A stretch of DNA of 64,000 nucleotides from an uncultured Muribaculaceae bacterium (lineage in GTDB: Bacteria; Bacillota_I; Bacilli_A; RF39; UBA660). The position numbers and the translations under genes were made by a program. The DNA lies in NCBI GenBank assembly GCA_964486215.1, contig CAZALI010000003.1:15534-79533 (forward strand), given 5' to 3'. The notes beneath the pieces are model-generated. The model saw nothing but the letters and a program-made list of their open reading frames with translations, was not told where the DNA came from and searched no databases. The first letter of the stretch is position 1. Each line of letters opens with the position of its first letter. This document shows, piece by piece, positions 61,269 to 64,000 of the stretch.

Positions 61269-61784
61269 TTACTTAAGTATTAATTCAAAATCATAATAAC
61301 TATCTATATATTTGATAGTTTTACAATCACTACTAATATCATAAGTATTAATTTCTTCTTCTACATCATCTGGAGCAAGTGGAGGTCTATGAGTTAGAGA
61401 TATCTTATTATTAGATATTTCATATGTACCTCTTTCTCCTTCAGAATTTTTAATTTCTTTTAGATATGTTCCATTACTATTAAGAGTTATAGTCATTTCT
61501 AATGGAATATTATTTTTAGTAGATTTTCCATAGTAGATAGCATTTCTTAACCCACTACATGTACTTTCTTCTTCTACTTGTTTTTCTTGTATTTCTTTTT
61601 CTTTCTTTAATCTCTTATTAATTTTATTAGCTTTATTTAGCTTTTCTTCTGTTTTATCTAGTCTTTTATTAAGAGTATTTATTTCTTTCTTAGTACTTAA
61701 ATATAAATATGTAGTTTCAGCAAGTAAAATTATAACAATAATAATTAGTGTAATAATAATTCCTTTATTCTTCATATTTTTCAC
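61269..61784 (-). CDS. Hypothetical membrane-anchored coiled-coil protein
   Basis: 171 aa with an N-terminal TM, a Lys/Glu coiled coil and a small C-terminal domain. No family recognised. Confidence 0.45.
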   Translation of the reverse strand: MKNMKNKGIIITLIIIVIILLAETTYLYLSTKKEINTLNKRLDKTEEKLNKANKINKRLKKEKEIQEKQVEEESTCSGLRNAIYYGKSTKNNIPLEMTITLNSNGTYLKEIKNSEGERGTYEISNNKISLTHRPPLAPDDVEEEINTYDISSDCKTIKYIDSYYDFELILK

Positions 61785-61786
61785 CT

Positions 61787-63340
61787 CTATTTATTCTTAT
61801 ATTTTTTCATAAAATTTTCAGCTTGCTTAATACCATCTACAGCAGAAGAGATAATTCCTCCAGCATATCCAGCTCCTTCTCCTGTAGGATAGATTCCATT
61901 AATATTACTTAGTCCTTCTTCATCTCTTTTAATTCTTATAGGAGAAGATGTACGTGTCTCTACTCCATATAAAACTGTATCTTTGTCAGTAAAGCCTTTT
62001 ATCTTATAAGAAAAGTGCTCCATACCTTCAATAAAATCTTTATTTAGTGACTCTGGTAATAGATGTCTAATATTAGTTAATTTATATTTACCTTTAGTAT
62101 TTATACTAGGAAGATCACTCAATCTATCTTTTTTAAAATCAATATATCTTTGTGTTGGGATAAATCCATTTCCTAGTGCATAAGCTTTCTTTTCTAGTTC
62201 TTCTTGAAACCTCATACCTGAAGTAATTCCAGTACCAAAATCTTTTGGAGTAACAGTTACAACTATTGCAGAATTAGCTGTACTAGTATCTCTTTTATAA
62301 TTACTCATACCGTTCACAACTAATCTTTTTTCTTCACTAGAAGCATTTACTACATATCCTCCAGGACACATACAGAAGGAATATACTCCTCTCTTATCCT
62401 TAGTAGTATATGTAAGTTTATAACTAGCTGGAGGAAGATACTTATAGTCTTCTCCATACATAGCGCGAGATATCTTTTCTTGAGAATGAGATACACGTAG
62501 GCCTACAGCAAAATTCTTAGCTTCCATATCTATCTTTTTATCTATTAACATTCTTACTGTATCACGAGCAGAATGACCAATACAGAGAAAGATATTATTA
62601 CAAGCAATTTTTTCTTTATCATTCACAGTAATAGATTCTAAACTATTATCTTTTATTTCAATATCAGTAAGCTTAGTATTATATCTAAACTCTCCACCTA
62701 AAGAAATAATTTTATTTCTTAGATTTATGATTACTTTTCTTAAAATATCTGTACCAATATGAGGCTTATTCAAATACATTATCTCTTCTGGAGCTCCGCA
62801 TTCTACAAATAATTCTAAAACTTTTTTAATACGATTATTCTTATCTTTAATACCAGTTGTCAGTTTACCATCAGAGAAAGTTCCAGCTCCTCCCTCACCA
62901 AACTGAATATTAGTATTTAGATCTAGTTTGTTAGTAGAAAAGAATTCTTCTACTTTTTCAATACGTTCTTCTACTTTAGCTCCTCTTTCTATAATTAGAG
63001 GTTTATAGTTATTTAAAGCTAAGAAATAAGCTACAAATAAACCAGCTGGTCCACTACCTACTACAATAGGTCTATTTTTAAGTAACTTTGTTCCCGTTAC
63101 TTTAAAAATATATTCTTCTTTTGGAGCTAAAAAAATATTTTTATTATTGATAAACTTCTTTTCGTCTTTTACTTTTACATCAATAGTATAAACATACATA
63201 ATATTATCTTTATGACGTGCATCTATAGATTTCTTAATAATTTTATACTCTTTTATCTCTTCATTATTTAATAGATGAGAAGCTTTTTCTAAATAATTAT
63301 CTCTTTTAAAATTTACTTTAATATTATTAATTCTAAGCAT
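61787..63340 (-). CDS. FAD-dependent oxidoreductase (COG2509-type)
   Basis: 517 aa with the Rossmann motif VVGSGPAGLFVAYFLA and C-terminal GIYPTGEGAGYAGGI. Confidence 0.7.
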   Translation of the reverse strand: MLRINNIKVNFKRDNYLEKASHLLNNEEIKEYKIIKKSIDARHKDNIMYVYTIDVKVKDEKKFINNKNIFLAPKEEYIFKVTGTKLLKNRPIVVGSGPAGLFVAYFLALNNYKPLIIERGAKVEERIEKVEEFFSTNKLDLNTNIQFGEGGAGTFSDGKLTTGIKDKNNRIKKVLELFVECGAPEEIMYLNKPHIGTDILRKVIINLRNKIISLGGEFRYNTKLTDIEIKDNSLESITVNDKEKIACNNIFLCIGHSARDTVRMLIDKKIDMEAKNFAVGLRVSHSQEKISRAMYGEDYKYLPPASYKLTYTTKDKRGVYSFCMCPGGYVVNASSEEKRLVVNGMSNYKRDTSTANSAIVVTVTPKDFGTGITSGMRFQEELEKKAYALGNGFIPTQRYIDFKKDRLSDLPSINTKGKYKLTNIRHLLPESLNKDFIEGMEHFSYKIKGFTDKDTVLYGVETRTSSPIRIKRDEEGLSNINGIYPTGEGAGYAGGIISSAVDGIKQAENFMKKYKNK

Positions 63341-64000
63341 TTTTACATCTTCTTTTAATACTTTCTCCAGCTACTAGTCCAGAGATAGTTGCGAATGTAA
63401 TATTATAACCACCGCAGTCTCCATCTATATCAACTAATTCACCTACTATGTATACTCTATCATGACTTAGTAATGAATAATCGGTATTTAATTCACTTAG
63501 AGGTACTCCTCCAGCAGTTACTTGTGAATTATTAAAGCCTCTAGTAGATTCAATTTTAATAGTAAACTCCTTTAGTAGTTTTAATAACACATTAATTTCT
63601 CTTTTATTTATTTCATCAATAGATTTATTAGTCAAAGCACATTTCTTTAAAATAACATCTACTACTTTTTTATTTAAAATAGTACTTAATGTTTTCTCTA
63701 AAGTATTATTATGTTTATTTAAATAATCTATTAATTCATTGTCTTTAAAGAATGGAACAAAGTCTATAACAACTAATTCTTCTTTTCCTAAATTAAGTCC
63801 TCGTGTTATATGAGGAGTTAAATTAAATACACAAATTCCTGATATACCATAATCAGTTAATTGTATCTCTCCTGATTCAGTCTTAATATAATGACCATTC
63901 TCAATATTAGTTACACTTACATTACATCTAACACCAGCCCATATCTTTAGATAATCTTTCTCTTTAGTATTTAATTGTACTAAAGAAGGAAGAGGCTTTA
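63333..64000 (-). CDS. HI0933/BaiN-like flavoprotein (aminoacetone oxidase family), C-terminal part; the gene continues past the window end
   Basis: The frame stays open upstream of the track's TTG to nt 64000 (KPLPSLVQL...GEIQLTDYGISGICVFNL...). The C-terminus reads RGFNNSQVTAGGVPLSE...VGELVDIDGDCGGYN. Confidence 0.75.
   Translation of the reverse strand, partial: KPLPSLVQLNTKEKDYLKIWAGVRCNVSVTNIENGHYIKTESGEIQLTDYGISGICVFNLTPHITRGLNLGKEELVVIDFVPFFKDNELIDYLNKHNNTLEKTLSTILNKKVVDVILKKCALTNKSIDEINKREINVLLKLLKEFTIKIESTRGFNNSQVTAGGVPLSELNTDYSLLSHDRVYIVGELVDIDGDCGGYNITFATISGLVAGESIKRRCKNA

Overview
AT-rich, low-GC Firmicutes-type chromosomal segment that uses the standard genetic code: TGG encodes Trp and long ORFs are not broken by TGA. 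Gene orientation is extremely biased. About 60 CDS lie on the minus strand and only two candidates on the plus strand, a DUF192 gene and a 27-codon hydrophobic mini-ORF. Most of the window is core housekeeping: hrcA-grpE-dnaK with tandem CIRCE operators, parE/parC, recD2, mtaB, helD, uppP, a CBS-type pyrophosphatase, a DnaB/DnaD-like replication protein, queA-tgt, ruvAB, yebC, obg, rplU-prp-rpmA, addAB and yceD-rpmF. Three accessory patches interrupt this backbone. (1) A 598-aa protein has a prepilin-like N-terminus, three copies of an unrecognised ~100-aa Tyr/Trp/Gly-rich module and a poly-Ser tail. (2) Two giant paralogous surface proteins (1523 and 1784 aa, both with TTG starts) are built from Listeria-Bacteroides-type repeats. 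They have conserved termini and mosaic interiors, and each gene is bracketed by near-identical terminator hairpins. One sits directly upstream of a pilC-pilD pair that has no ATPase or major pilin nearby. (3) The 554-nt rpmA-obg spacer holds a strongly signalled hydrophobic mini-ORF on the plus strand, opposed by two tandem structured sRNA-like units on the minus strand, which resembles a type I toxin-antitoxin locus. The observation I consider most novel is that ribosomal protein L32 carries an N-terminal extension matching the Prp-cleaved pro-sequence of L27 encoded in the same window. I saw no rRNA, tRNA, CRISPR array, transposase or integrase. All calls rest on reading the sequence and recalling protein families; no database search was run.
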